A stretch of 64,000 nucleotides of DNA from an uncultured virus (IMG/VR IMGVR_UViG_3300017613_001373) (Duplodnaviria; Heunggongvirae; Uroviricota; Caudoviricetes): the IMG/VR virus record IMGVR_UViG_3300017613_001373. One strand, given 5' to 3'. The notes below the pieces were generated by a model. The model was not told the DNA's origin and did not search any database. It was given only the letters and a program-made list of their open reading frames with translations. Below are positions 47,435 to 57,329 of this stretch, piece by piece. How positions within the stretch are numbered: position 1 is the stretch's first letter; each line of letters begins with the position of its first letter. A program made the translations under genes and the position numbers.

Positions 47435-47508
47435 GCGCTCTTAGCTCAGTGGATCAGAGCAAATGGTTTCTACCCATTAGGTCGGGAGTTCGAGTCTCTC
47501 AGGGCGTA
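47435..47508 (+). tRNA. tRNA-Arg(UCU)
   Basis: acceptor GCGCTCT/AGGGCGT, anticodon arm AATGG-TTTCTAC-CCATT, T loop GTTCGAG; CCA not encoded. Confidence 0.93.
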
Positions 47509-47553
47509 CAAAGAAGTGATATACAATCATCACACAATATTTAGGAGATAATT

Positions 47554-47964
47554 ATGGGAAACGAATTGGATAATTTAGTGGAAGATTTGGCTGATGTTAG
47601 TCATCAGATTTGGTCGCATTGGATGAGCTACATGATGACGCAGGGAACATATACTGATATGGGGTGGATAATGCCACTGGAAAAGGTTGAACGCTGGACG
47701 CGACAAATGGAAACTGATTACGCTGATTTAACGGAACGAGAAAAGGATTCTGATCGAAGTCAAGCACACAAAATCATGAAGGTATTATATCCGATTGAAG
47801 AACCTGTATTAATGGAAAATGGTAAATATGAGAATGTTATGGTGAAAATACAAGGTAAAAGTTTCCGTTGTCATTGTAGTGGAAATGTGTTTCATAAACC
47901 AGATAAGACGGATTTAAATTTGTTTGAGTGTAATAGTTGTGGTGAAAGATATAATTCCGAATAG
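47554..47964 (+). CDS. RyR-repeat-like helical domain fused to a zinc ribbon
   Basis: LA..SH..W...YADLTEREKDSDR; CHC...CNSCG. Confidence 0.55.
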   Translation: MGNELDNLVEDLADVSHQIWSHWMSYMMTQGTYTDMGWIMPLEKVERWTRQMETDYADLTEREKDSDRSQAHKIMKVLYPIEEPVLMENGKYENVMVKIQGKSFRCHCSGNVFHKPDKTDLNLFECNSCGERYNSE

Positions 47965-47969
47965 GAGAT

Positions 47970-48272
47970 ATGATGGATATTTTTGGAACAGGTCGATTAA
48001 GACACAATCATGACGTTGTTGTAGAGGTGGTGTGTAATAATGAAACAATGTTAGCTCATATCACAATCAAGCGTATGAATAAAAGAAGTTCATATTACTC
48101 TAAAACCTATATTATTCCAAGCGGTTCGGCAAGTGATTTTAGACTTAGTGCATTACTTGGTCATTACACAAAATTAAATGGGATTTCAGAATATCGTGAT
48201 GGAAAATTGATTTATCAATTTAATAGTCGTAATGAAAGAATTATTAACGATGGTACGGGGAGAGTGTTATGA
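47970..48272 (+). CDS. hypothetical protein
   Basis: AGGAGA SD. Confidence 0.6.
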   Translation: MMDIFGTGRLRHNHDVVVEVVCNNETMLAHITIKRMNKRSSYYSKTYIIPSGSASDFRLSALLGHYTKLNGISEYRDGKLIYQFNSRNERIINDGTGRVL

Positions 48273-48520
48273 GAACTATGGTAACAGTACACAAATTAGC
48301 AAATGGTTCAGCTTTTATGAACGTGAAAAATGATGTTAGTGGTGGTGTAGCAGTATGGGGGACTTTATACAACCAGCCAACATTTCTTTTAGTGAACAAT
48401 GATAAAACTGCTTATCAGTTTATGCAATTTGAGGATGATGAATGGGCAACGGAATGGTTTGACTCGAATCCTTTTTATACAGAAGAGTACACCATAACGG
48501 ATTTGACATTTCGGAAATAG
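48269..48520 (+). CDS. hypothetical protein
   Basis: ATGA coupling. Confidence 0.6.
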   Translation: MRTMVTVHKLANGSAFMNVKNDVSGGVAVWGTLYNQPTFLLVNNDKTAYQFMQFEDDEWATEWFDSNPFYTEEYTITDLTFRK

Positions 48521-48568
48521 TACCCATTGGCTATTGTAAAAAATTACAAAAACCTATAAAATAATATT

Positions 48569-49582
48569 ATGCGAACAATAACTAAGACATTTATCCACCC
48601 AAGTGATGGACTTGAAATGAAATATTCTGTTGATATTTATGCGCCTAAAGGAACGCTACTTGTTTCAACTATTCGTGGCAATTTAGGTCATAAACAAGCA
48701 ACAGGTGATGATCGAAAGTATTCAATAGAATTACATAATGCTATTACTTGGGAGAAAATGATTCTTGATGGGGTTACTACAATCCCAGCATACATAAATA
48801 GATTCCCGAATGCTGATTGGTTATCTCGTGAAAGAATGCATGTCACATCCCCACGTATACGTGAAAATTTTATAAAATCACGCTATCTCGAACAAGATGA
48901 TGATAGTGGTATTGGGAACATTGTTGACTTTTGGTTAGAGGACGAATTTTTCAAAGAGTATGGATATAGTTTTATTGAAAGTAGTTCTAGTACACCAGAA
49001 CATGGTAAGGGACATCCTGTAATTGTTTTTGATAAAGTTATAACAGATAAAGATTATTATGAAACATGTTTAAAGGCTTGGATATGGGTATATGCAGAAC
49101 ACGCAGATCGCTCGATTTCAAGTTGTAATGAATTGAGTTTTCATAAAAAAGGATCTAAAATCCATATTGTGGGTAATATTTGTCCTTTGTCAGTATATCA
49201 CGAAGAATTTGTAGCACCGTATGAAAACCATGTTGAGCGATTACGTGTAGAGCGTTTACGCAAACGTGAAGCAAATAAAAACAAACGTAGTTCGGGTGGT
49301 ACTAAAAACCGATATGTTCAAGTGGCATCTGAAAATATTTTGAGAGATTTATCAACATTGTCTGCTGGATCAGGTGATAGACATACTGAACTTTTACGAT
49401 CTGGAATGTTACTTGCTGGTTTCGCAAATGCTGATTGGCACGATTTTGACACCAGTGGTTTTCAAGCGGATATTATAGATGCATGTAAGCAAAATGGGTA
49501 TGTAGCTGATTATGGAGAATCATCAGTACAGCGCACGTTGTTGAATTGGGATACTGTTCCAGCAATGGATGAACCAAATTAA
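48569..49582 (+). CDS. putative primase-polymerase (AEP-like) with PriCT-like C-terminus
   Basis: LEQDDD, SSS..H..GHPVIVF, GDRHTELL..G..LAG. Confidence 0.55.
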   Translation: MRTITKTFIHPSDGLEMKYSVDIYAPKGTLLVSTIRGNLGHKQATGDDRKYSIELHNAITWEKMILDGVTTIPAYINRFPNADWLSRERMHVTSPRIRENFIKSRYLEQDDDSGIGNIVDFWLEDEFFKEYGYSFIESSSSTPEHGKGHPVIVFDKVITDKDYYETCLKAWIWVYAEHADRSISSCNELSFHKKGSKIHIVGNICPLSVYHEEFVAPYENHVERLRVERLRKREANKNKRSSGGTKNRYVQVASENILRDLSTLSAGSGDRHTELLRSGMLLAGFANADWHDFDTSGFQADIIDACKQNGYVADYGESSVQRTLLNWDTVPAMDEPN

Positions 49583-49799
49583 TAGTACCAATATCCTATT
49601 GTAAATAATCTAAGATTTATTATAATTATATTTATTGAAACAAGTGGGTGATATGGTATTCATGGAGGTGATTCAGGCAAAATTGAGTGACGAATAAGTT
49701 GTAAAAAACGTAAAATGATGTATAATACTGAGTGACAAAATGACTAAAAAACAAGAAATTAGTCGAAGAATAAATGAAGAACAAAAGGAGAAATAAACA

Positions 49800-50555
49800 A
49801 TGAGTAAGTATGGTAATTTTGGTGGAGCAACAGCAAGTGCAGTAAAAGAGCAAGCATCATATGATGGTTTTGGTTATAATGGTCGTCATGGGAAATGGAT
49901 GGTTGGTCAAGGGGACGAGCAAGAAGAATTGACTGAGATTAATTTGGTCGTATTGGGTATGCGTCGTTGTAAAGAAGTTGGTACACGCGATGATGATGAC
50001 CGTTTTCATGCATCTGCTCGTTATCCGATTTATACCAATCAGCGTGATATGGATATGACACAACCAGAACGTCAAAATCGGATTCAAGTGATCGGGTTGT
50101 TGAATGGTGACTCTACGCCGAAGGTATGGGGAAGTACTTCTTACACGGTAGATGCTTTTTGGCACAATCCAAAAACAGGTTCGTATAACAATGAATTATT
50201 CCCAGAAGGTTATTGGCGAATTTTCAAAGATTTTATTAAAACAGAAAGTGCTGATGCGGGTGTCCAACTAGCTCCATCCTGTTTTGAACTAACTTTGAAA
50301 GTTGATCCAAAGTCATTTGAGGTTGGTTCGGGACGCAAGAAAAGCGTCACTCATCGTATTTTGATTGATGGTGAACCAAAATATGTTGGTGAAGAATTAG
50401 CAACCAAATATGATCAACTATACGCAAGTGAAGATATTGATGCTTGGATTCAGGAATGGGAAGGTGGTGCAACGAATGTTGAACCCGTTACCGAAGATGA
50501 ATTCGCTACGGACACTGTTGAAGATGATTCTGAACAAGACGAAATTCCGTTTTAA
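49800..50555 (+). CDS. putative ssDNA-binding/annealing protein
   Basis: acidic tail ending DEIPF; strong SD; own terminator. Confidence 0.55.
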   Translation: MSKYGNFGGATASAVKEQASYDGFGYNGRHGKWMVGQGDEQEELTEINLVVLGMRRCKEVGTRDDDDRFHASARYPIYTNQRDMDMTQPERQNRIQVIGLLNGDSTPKVWGSTSYTVDAFWHNPKTGSYNNELFPEGYWRIFKDFIKTESADAGVQLAPSCFELTLKVDPKSFEVGSGRKKSVTHRILIDGEPKYVGEELATKYDQLYASEDIDAWIQEWEGGATNVEPVTEDEFATDTVEDDSEQDEIPF

Positions 50556-50585
50556 ACCATTTTTAAGTGTCTGATTAATATAAAG

Positions 50586-50614
50586 AAAAACCCCATCATT
50601 GATGGGGTTTTTTT
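50586..50614 (+). terminator. intrinsic terminator
   Basis: AAAACCCCATCA-T-TGATGGGGTTTTTTT. Confidence 0.85.
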
Positions 50615-50693
50615 GTTATCTATTTGATTCTCTGAAACCGCTTCTAATAAGGTAAATACGCTCTGTACGGCGATTAAACGACTCGGTGGTGAA

Positions 50694-51704
50694 TTAACCC
50701 ACTGTTGCCTTAAAAGCGTCTATCAGGTAACTTGGTTTCATTTTACCATTTAATTCTGACGGTTTTAAAACATCATCTCCTTTGTTTATTAATGGTTCGT
50801 TTTTGGTATAAACCCCTACACAAAACACACCATATTCACCATTTTCTATGGATTTAGATAATTGGTGAATATCATATACATCGTCTGGGAATAGATATAT
50901 CATTTCTTTTTCGTTTCTGTATTCATGTAATTTCTCAGCGATTTCTACACCTGTTAATATTACAACATGAGAATCAATCTTAGTTTCCTCAATTGCATAG
51001 TCACGATCTAATTGATTGCGTTCCCAATAAAGTCTTGAAAGATGTGTCTGGACATCGCGTTTTGTTAAATCTCTGAATTGAATGTTATAACGACCCATTA
51101 ACCAACCACTCGTACCAATTGTTATAAACTCGTCTTCAAACTGTTTTTCAAGTGTTTGTAATTCGAGCAAAGCATCGGTTTGAATCTCTGTTCCATAAAG
51201 CATCACCATTTCACGATAATAGTCAGGTAAACGATTCAATGTTTTGATTAAATCATATCCATGTTGAGGAGTGATTTTACCTGAAAGAATGTCAGAACCA
51301 ATACTAGGATCATTTTCTAGCACATAATATTTTTGAGCAAAGGAAGCAACTAGATCTGCTTTGATTTCTATCCCCATTTTTTCAGAGGTGTCTACAACAT
51401 CGTCCCATGCATCGTTTCTAAAATTTACATCTTTGATAATGGAAAGTTTGTTGACATGACTTGCACGAGAGGGTAATGTTTCTGAGGTAAGAGTCGCGGT
51501 GATACTGGAAGAACGAATTAATTGATACGCTCGTGATTCACCAATGCTAAACTTTGCCCTACAATATTCTTCAAATGTTTCAAACTCTTGTGTGTAAAGT
51601 TTGTCATCTTTCACTTCTCTCAAGGCTTTTCCTACTAAAACGAACTTTTCCAATCCGTCTTTTATAATTGCCTCTAATTCTTCCAAACGTGATGTGACTA
51701 GCAT
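50694..51704 (-). CDS. DUF3102/ParB-associated-like helical DNA-binding protein
   Basis: LEAII..GL..F..VG.AL..V....LY...FETFEEYC...F...RAYQLI. Confidence 0.65.
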   Translation of the reverse strand: MLVTSRLEELEAIIKDGLEKFVLVGKALREVKDDKLYTQEFETFEEYCRAKFSIGESRAYQLIRSSSITATLTSETLPSRASHVNKLSIIKDVNFRNDAWDDVVDTSEKMGIEIKADLVASFAQKYYVLENDPSIGSDILSGKITPQHGYDLIKTLNRLPDYYREMVMLYGTEIQTDALLELQTLEKQFEDEFITIGTSGWLMGRYNIQFRDLTKRDVQTHLSRLYWERNQLDRDYAIEETKIDSHVVILTGVEIAEKLHEYRNEKEMIYLFPDDVYDIHQLSKSIENGEYGVFCVGVYTKNEPLINKGDDVLKPSELNGKMKPSYLIDAFKATVG

Positions 51705-51796
51705 TTAATTCTCCAGTTTAATTTGATTATGTGACCTATAATACTCCAAATGTTATTTTCTTTATCATTTATATATTTTATCAGAATTGTAAAATT

Positions 51797-52306
51797 TTAC
51801 AATATATTACTATCATCTTCATTGTTTTCAATAAGCAATGTGTTTGATTGTCTGAATTTTTCAATATCACCCTGTAATTGGGAAATATTTTCTAATAAGG
51901 TGACATTCATCTTAGTCAATAGTTTGATTTCATTGGTGAGACTGAGAACTTTCATTGTTAGCGTGTCTCTTTCAACTTCCACAATACTTAATTCTCTTTT
52001 CACACTATCAAGGTTGTTTTCAATTACTCTAAAATCACTCAATAGTGTTTTATAATTACTTTCAATTTTGAGCCGCTGTTCTTCTTGTTCACGGGTATGG
52101 CTTTGAAGACCGTCTATCGTCGTCTTCATTCGTTTGATTTCCTCCTGTAACTCGTTTACCAACTCCAAAGCCGTGCCTGTTAATTTTGAAGCGGTGTCTG
52201 CATTACGTCCATCTGCGCCTTTAACCCATGCATAACCCGTCCCTATTGCCGCACCAGCTGATAATATGAGAGGGAGATTGTTTAAAATCATACTTATTAT
52301 CTCCAT
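51797..52306 (-). CDS. TM plus coiled-coil protein (lysis-accessory-like)
   Basis: N-terminal TM, long heptad repeat. Confidence 0.55.
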   Translation of the reverse strand: MEIISMILNNLPLILSAGAAIGTGYAWVKGADGRNADTASKLTGTALELVNELQEEIKRMKTTIDGLQSHTREQEEQRLKIESNYKTLLSDFRVIENNLDSVKRELSIVEVERDTLTMKVLSLTNEIKLLTKMNVTLLENISQLQGDIEKFRQSNTLLIENNEDDSNIL

Positions 52307-52590
52307 TTACCACCTCTAAAATCGCTTAACGAACTGAATAGCCAGATAAATTGTACCCACATTAAACTTACTCTGAACATCGCAATCAATTCGCGTTGAG
52401 AATACGCATGATCAAATATCATTAATATATAAAAGGCTGATGTCAATAATAAACCAATCGCGTGTAAGGGATAATAGCGGTGATTTGTGGAATCCTTTCG
52501 TTTAAATAAGAAAATTGCATTTAACATGGTGACAATAGCTATGAACCATGTTGGGGTTATAAAAAATACTACTTCGGTAAAATATTCCAT
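52297..52590 (-). CDS. 3-TM membrane protein (holin-like)
   Basis: three hydrophobic helices. Confidence 0.55.
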   Translation of the reverse strand: MEYFTEVVFFITPTWFIAIVTMLNAIFLFKRKDSTNHRYYPLHAIGLLLTSAFYILMIFDHAYSQRELIAMFRVSLMWVQFIWLFSSLSDFRGGKWR

Positions 52591-52626
52591 ACTATTGATT
52601 TTACCTTAGTGTACATAACATCGTAC

Positions 52627-53415
52627 CTATTTTATAAGTTCAGCGGTTAATCCTTTATACTTCTCTGATACATCGCCTAAATAACTATTCCAATCAGCTA
52701 TTTGTGGTTTTACTTGGGGTCTAATTGTATGTAAATCCATTCGATGTAATGTGTCGTCCTCGTGTGTGTACTGTTCCACACTGTTGAAGTTGTGATTGAA
52801 ATAAGGTTTTTGTAAAAAATTATAAATTCCAATCATAGTCTCTCTAGGGTTCAATGTTAATTTTTCATATTCAACAAAATGTAAATTATCACGCCAACCA
52901 CGATGAATAGCATCTCTTACTCTGTTAAATGCCATTCCGACTAATTGATCGCCTTGTATCCACATGTCACAACGTCCTTCAATTGTTTGAAATTTAAGTG
53001 GATGACTTTGTTCTTGTCCTATTAAATTGGTAACACTGCTATTACGCCATACCTTCTCTAGTGAACTCAATACGCCACGAATATCACGGACAGGTACTAG
53101 AACCTTTGGTGTTGTGAAATTTGATGCTAACTCAAGATATTGTAACCAACCTCGTGATTTGTCAAAGACTACAGGGCGATTAATATGTGAATAATATCCT
53201 TCTACAATTCCTGAAAACACTTGTTTCTTTACTTGATCACTTTCAGGCATTGTTTTATGCTCAATTAAAGTATCCCAATAAAGTCGTGTATTAGCTAATA
53301 CGTCTAATAAACCCGATGTAGCACTTGGATGGAATTCTGGGTTCTGTGCTAACAAATTTTGTATTAGTGTTGAACCAGCTCTAGGAAAACCCGATGTTAA
53401 AATTATTTCTTTCAT
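52627..53415 (-). CDS. sulfotransferase (Sulfotransfer_3-like)
   Basis: SGFPRAGSTL 5'-PSB loop, DKSR, VRD...LSS 3'-PB, YEKL..NP. Confidence 0.85.
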   Translation of the reverse strand: MKEIILTSGFPRAGSTLIQNLLAQNPEFHPSATSGLLDVLANTRLYWDTLIEHKTMPESDQVKKQVFSGIVEGYYSHINRPVVFDKSRGWLQYLELASNFTTPKVLVPVRDIRGVLSSLEKVWRNSSVTNLIGQEQSHPLKFQTIEGRCDMWIQGDQLVGMAFNRVRDAIHRGWRDNLHFVEYEKLTLNPRETMIGIYNFLQKPYFNHNFNSVEQYTHEDDTLHRMDLHTIRPQVKPQIADWNSYLGDVSEKYKGLTAELIK

Positions 53416-53437
53416 GGTATATAGTGTACCTTAAACA

Positions 53438-55258
53438 CTAAGAAAAAACAACCTCTACCATTCGACATGTCATAACCCATCGTATATCTTCACTACCTGT
53501 CCCTGATGAGTCTTGTACTTCAACATTGATCGACTCGTTCCCGCTGTCTGCAATTACTCTAGTATCATATGTAGCTACCGATTCAAATAATGTTGTCACA
53601 TTGAAACTTGATACTGTGACCGTTCCAGCAATATTATGTGCGCTACCTTCTATTTTATAATGGTAACTCTCACCAACATTTTGTGAAATACCGACAATTA
53701 AAATATCAAAAGTTATAGCACTGTCTTGGTCAATCTTAATGCGTTCTGATATACCATCTAAGAATAATTCACGCCATGTAGTATCATCATGTGTCTCAGT
53801 TGCGATCCCTGTTATTTGAATGGTTGCCTGTCCATCCCCTCGTGTTCCAAAACCTATACCATTGCCAACAACCTCTCCATAACGCTTTGTGAGAACTTGA
53901 TTACCATTTAGGATTGCTGAAAATGAATGATATAGATCGTTTGTATAACCACCTAAGATTGTTGATGACGTACCTGCCATAACACGGCATAACTGTCCAT
54001 TTATAACAGTGTTTTTATCATCATTAGATAAAATCTCGTTGGCAAATCCGTTTACGACACTGTTAAAATTGCCCAATGATGAGATACTATTTTGGCGACC
54101 ATTACCTATACTGTGATATTGTCCATTTGAGATAGTGTTAGTAGAACCAGTTCCGATTATTCCAAGACTACCATCCGATATTATATTATATTCGCCGTTT
54201 AAAATTGTCCCAATACCGTTTGCTGACAATTCATTATAGTCCCCATTTAAAATCACACCATGATTACCATCGGTGATTTCATTGTATGCACCGTTTAAGA
54301 TGAGACTTTCCCCGGCTCCTGCTGAGATGGTATTGTTATAACCGTTTCCAATAATATGATTACTACCATTTGTGATATTATGACCATATCCATTTCCTAT
54401 GGTATTACCATATCCAGAAGATGAGATAGTACTACCCTCACCATTTGAAATATGGTTGTAGTCGCCATTTGTTATTGAAAGATTATAACCATTTAAAACT
54501 GTACTATGACCATATCCCCCAATTGTTGATTGTGAAGTTGTTCCGATGAAACTACCATCTGATGTGATAGTATTATCTTGTCCACCTATAAGCGCAGAAC
54601 GCTCACCACCAGCAATTTGTGTCGCTAATGATCGAACATTTTGTAAATCTACCGAACCTATCCCGCGAGAATTACCAATAGGAACTGACCCCGCACCACC
54701 TGTTATTACTAAGGCTTCATTCAACGCACCATTGGTACTGACTTTCATTACGGTATTACCATTCCTACTAGCATCTGTAGGATCGGTATATGTCATTTCA
54801 ATTGTACCAATGTCTCGATCAGGTGTTGTATCTGTTTCTGCTTGTAATGTTATACCAACACCAAATCCGGCAATGGGTGTACCTGTAGAATTGTGGCCGA
54901 TAGCAACGGGACTACTCACACTATCTGTCACGGCATCTTCTATGATATGTGAATCTGTGGATATGGGGGCATTTACCCATTCCGCGCCATCATAAACCAG
55001 TCCTTCATCCAACACAGGTGCGGTAATTGTTACATCCGATAAGTCGTCTAATGTTATTGCACCAGCACCCGTTGCAAATGCAACCCATGTTGGTGTTATG
55101 TCTCCTAAATAATATACCGTTTGTGTATCCTGTACCAAACCCGCTTTATTTAAATCATTAACAGTAATGATCTGTGCCAATCTCGCGGTATCATCTGCCC
55201 AAACCCAGTTGAAAAGTTGATGAATCTCGCCCACGCTTAAATCTGTATGTTTACTAAT
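53438..55258 (-). CDS. tail fibre with Gly/Asn beta-roll repeats (start ATT 55258 or GTG 55234)
   Basis: LDDLSDV...LVYDG..WVN fibre motif; about 15 I(G/L)NGxxNxI repeats. Confidence 0.75.
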   Translation of the reverse strand: MSKHTDLSVGEIHQLFNWVWADDTARLAQIITVNDLNKAGLVQDTQTVYYLGDITPTWVAFATGAGAITLDDLSDVTITAPVLDEGLVYDGAEWVNAPISTDSHIIEDAVTDSVSSPVAIGHNSTGTPIAGFGVGITLQAETDTTPDRDIGTIEMTYTDPTDASRNGNTVMKVSTNGALNEALVITGGAGSVPIGNSRGIGSVDLQNVRSLATQIAGGERSALIGGQDNTITSDGSFIGTTSQSTIGGYGHSTVLNGYNLSITNGDYNHISNGEGSTISSSGYGNTIGNGYGHNITNGSNHIIGNGYNNTISAGAGESLILNGAYNEITDGNHGVILNGDYNELSANGIGTILNGEYNIISDGSLGIIGTGSTNTISNGQYHSIGNGRQNSISSLGNFNSVVNGFANEILSNDDKNTVINGQLCRVMAGTSSTILGGYTNDLYHSFSAILNGNQVLTKRYGEVVGNGIGFGTRGDGQATIQITGIATETHDDTTWRELFLDGISERIKIDQDSAITFDILIVGISQNVGESYHYKIEGSAHNIAGTVTVSSFNVTTLFESVATYDTRVIADSGNESINVEVQDSSGTGSEDIRWVMTCRMVEVVFS

Positions 55259-55269
55259 AATATCCTCCT

Positions 55270-56412
55270 TTATATGTTACTATGTGCTACTAAATCCCAA
55301 TCTGGTGATGTAATATATTGTTGAAATGAAATATCAACTCCATATGCGTCTTGTGTTGACGATTGTGCGCCACTACCTATGATTAACTCCCCATTTAATG
55401 CTGGATTAGCTGTCCATTCATTTACTATCTCCACATAATCTGTTGATGCTGGAATTGGAATAGTGAAAAGAACCTGACAAAGATCTTGTAATGGCGCACC
55501 CCCAGTACCTTCTTCTATAAACAACGTGTTATATGAAATCCATGCTCCATTATCTGTTTGATCCAAAACCTCATATTCGTAATAACGGGTTGGGTCGGAT
55601 AAATTTGCAACCCTTATTGTTGTTCCTGTGATAACAGTAGTCAAATCTGCACTTCTATCTGTACCACCATCATCAGTTTTGTTTATTCGTAAGATTCTCT
55701 GTTGCCTTCGGTTTTCTACATTGCCTAGACCGGGGTTATCATTTGGAGTACTGTCACCAATATAACCCCAGGTATGATTAAAAGAACTTGTTCCTGATGT
55801 ATTCTCTGTGAGTAACCATATTGTAATATCATCATTGGGTAATAGCCATACTGGTTCGATATGTGTTGTAAGCCATCCAGCAACAGGCAATATGTCACCT
55901 GTAAATATTTGCCCAATTGAAAGTTGATCTGTGATATTATCTTTAATAATGACCCTATAATCAACACTGGAGGTGACAATAGGTAGCCATACTCTTATTG
56001 AATTAATTAAATATGAATTGACTAAGTTTGATATTCGCAAACCTGTCCAAATAACATCGGATGACGATTGTGGCGACCAGACTGGCACTGTTGGTAATAA
56101 ATAAGAATCTTCTCCAAACGGTTGTGGTGATGGACGATCTGATGTTGTCTTATTTGCTATCATTGTCCAACTTTCATCCCTCGTTACTTCATATTGTTCA
56201 AATGTACCCTCAACCCACTTACCTGTCCAAAGCATCGCATTTGCACCAACGGGTGCAATATATAAAACCCATATACCGCCAGATATGATATACACATTTA
56301 ATGTATCTGTTTCGTAGAATTTCAAACCTTCCTGAGTTGAGCTAGGGATATTTAAAATCCTTTCAGCATTTGTGCCATGCCAACTTTCACCATTGTCTCT
56401 GATCTTAATCAT
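55270..56412 (-). CDS. tail fibre-associated protein
   Basis: FYETDT..VY....W and W.G.W...F...EV motifs. Confidence 0.65.
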   Translation of the reverse strand: MIKIRDNGESWHGTNAERILNIPSSTQEGLKFYETDTLNVYIISGGIWVLYIAPVGANAMLWTGKWVEGTFEQYEVTRDESWTMIANKTTSDRPSPQPFGEDSYLLPTVPVWSPQSSSDVIWTGLRISNLVNSYLINSIRVWLPIVTSSVDYRVIIKDNITDQLSIGQIFTGDILPVAGWLTTHIEPVWLLPNDDITIWLLTENTSGTSSFNHTWGYIGDSTPNDNPGLGNVENRRQQRILRINKTDDGGTDRSADLTTVITGTTIRVANLSDPTRYYEYEVLDQTDNGAWISYNTLFIEEGTGGAPLQDLCQVLFTIPIPASTDYVEIVNEWTANPALNGELIIGSGAQSSTQDAYGVDISFQQYITSPDWDLVAHSNI

Positions 56413-56444
56413 ATTGATAATTATAACGCATTGTTTCAACCGTG

Positions 56445-57329
56445 TTATGTCGTAACAATTATTCCTTCGGAAGTTACAACGATTTCCCCAAAACTATCCG
56501 TCACAGGTAGGCCACGTCTCCATTCAGAACCATTATGACTGATTAATATATCTCCCTCACGTTCTGGTGGTGGTACATAACTACTGGTTAATCCCATGAA
56601 GTTCCTAGCATCAATCACGTCGCCAAGTTTACTATCTATTTCAGTTTGACCAGTGATTAGAGTGATAAAACTACTAGGAATTGTCTGTGATTGTATTGTG
56701 GGAAATACTGTAGGGGCAAAAGATAATGTTTCAACTCCCGATGTTACAACAATTGAATTACTAATAACATCTAATGCTAATAATAAGCCCACTTTACTAT
56801 TTGTGGTTACAGGTACATATGACGACAAATCTATAATAGTTCCACCATAGATATATAAATTATTTTCGTAAATATAACGATGTTCCGCAACCGTGATATT
56901 TAACGTAGCATCTGTAGTTGTTTTTAGCAATCCTAATGCGGGTTGATAAACCATTACAGGATCGATAGGAGGTGCTAATTCATCTCGAAATATATGATTG
57001 GGTGCATGTAGTGGTAATGAAAAACTAGCACCACCACCTTCATTCAAATCTAAATGATCGAGGAACAAACCCCATACTTCCAGTTCACCACCAGGTAAAG
57101 GACTTTCTCTAACCCATACTTCAATTCCTTCAACAGATGCCACTTTTATATTTAGAACCATTAGAACATTGCTTTTTTTATTTTGCTCCAATACCCATAC
57201 ATAGTTTGGTCGATTAGGAGGGTGAACATCGCCATCAACTTCGACAATTGTTGCAGGGAACCCAACGCTCTTTTCAGCGCGTGTATCTAATCGAGCTTTT
57301 TGAGCAAGTTTAATATCTCTTATGGTCAT
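56445..57329 (-). CDS. tail tip-associated protein
   Basis: HAPNH and DAR motifs; coupled to the large tail protein. Confidence 0.6.
   Translation of the reverse strand: MTIRDIKLAQKARLDTRAEKSVGFPATIVEVDGDVHPPNRPNYVWVLEQNKKSNVLMVLNIKVASVEGIEVWVRESPLPGGELEVWGLFLDHLDLNEGGGASFSLPLHAPNHIFRDELAPPIDPVMVYQPALGLLKTTTDATLNITVAEHRYIYENNLYIYGGTIIDLSSYVPVTTNSKVGLLLALDVISNSIVVTSGVETLSFAPTVFPTIQSQTIPSSFITLITGQTEIDSKLGDVIDARNFMGLTSSYVPPPEREGDILISHNGSEWRRGLPVTDSFGEIVVTSEGIIVTT

Noticed and set aside
39860..49626. CRISPR array from the recurring TATTGTAAAAAATTACAA motif
   Set aside because: Copies are degenerate, irregularly spaced, separated by whole genes and positioned as promoters; no cas genes.
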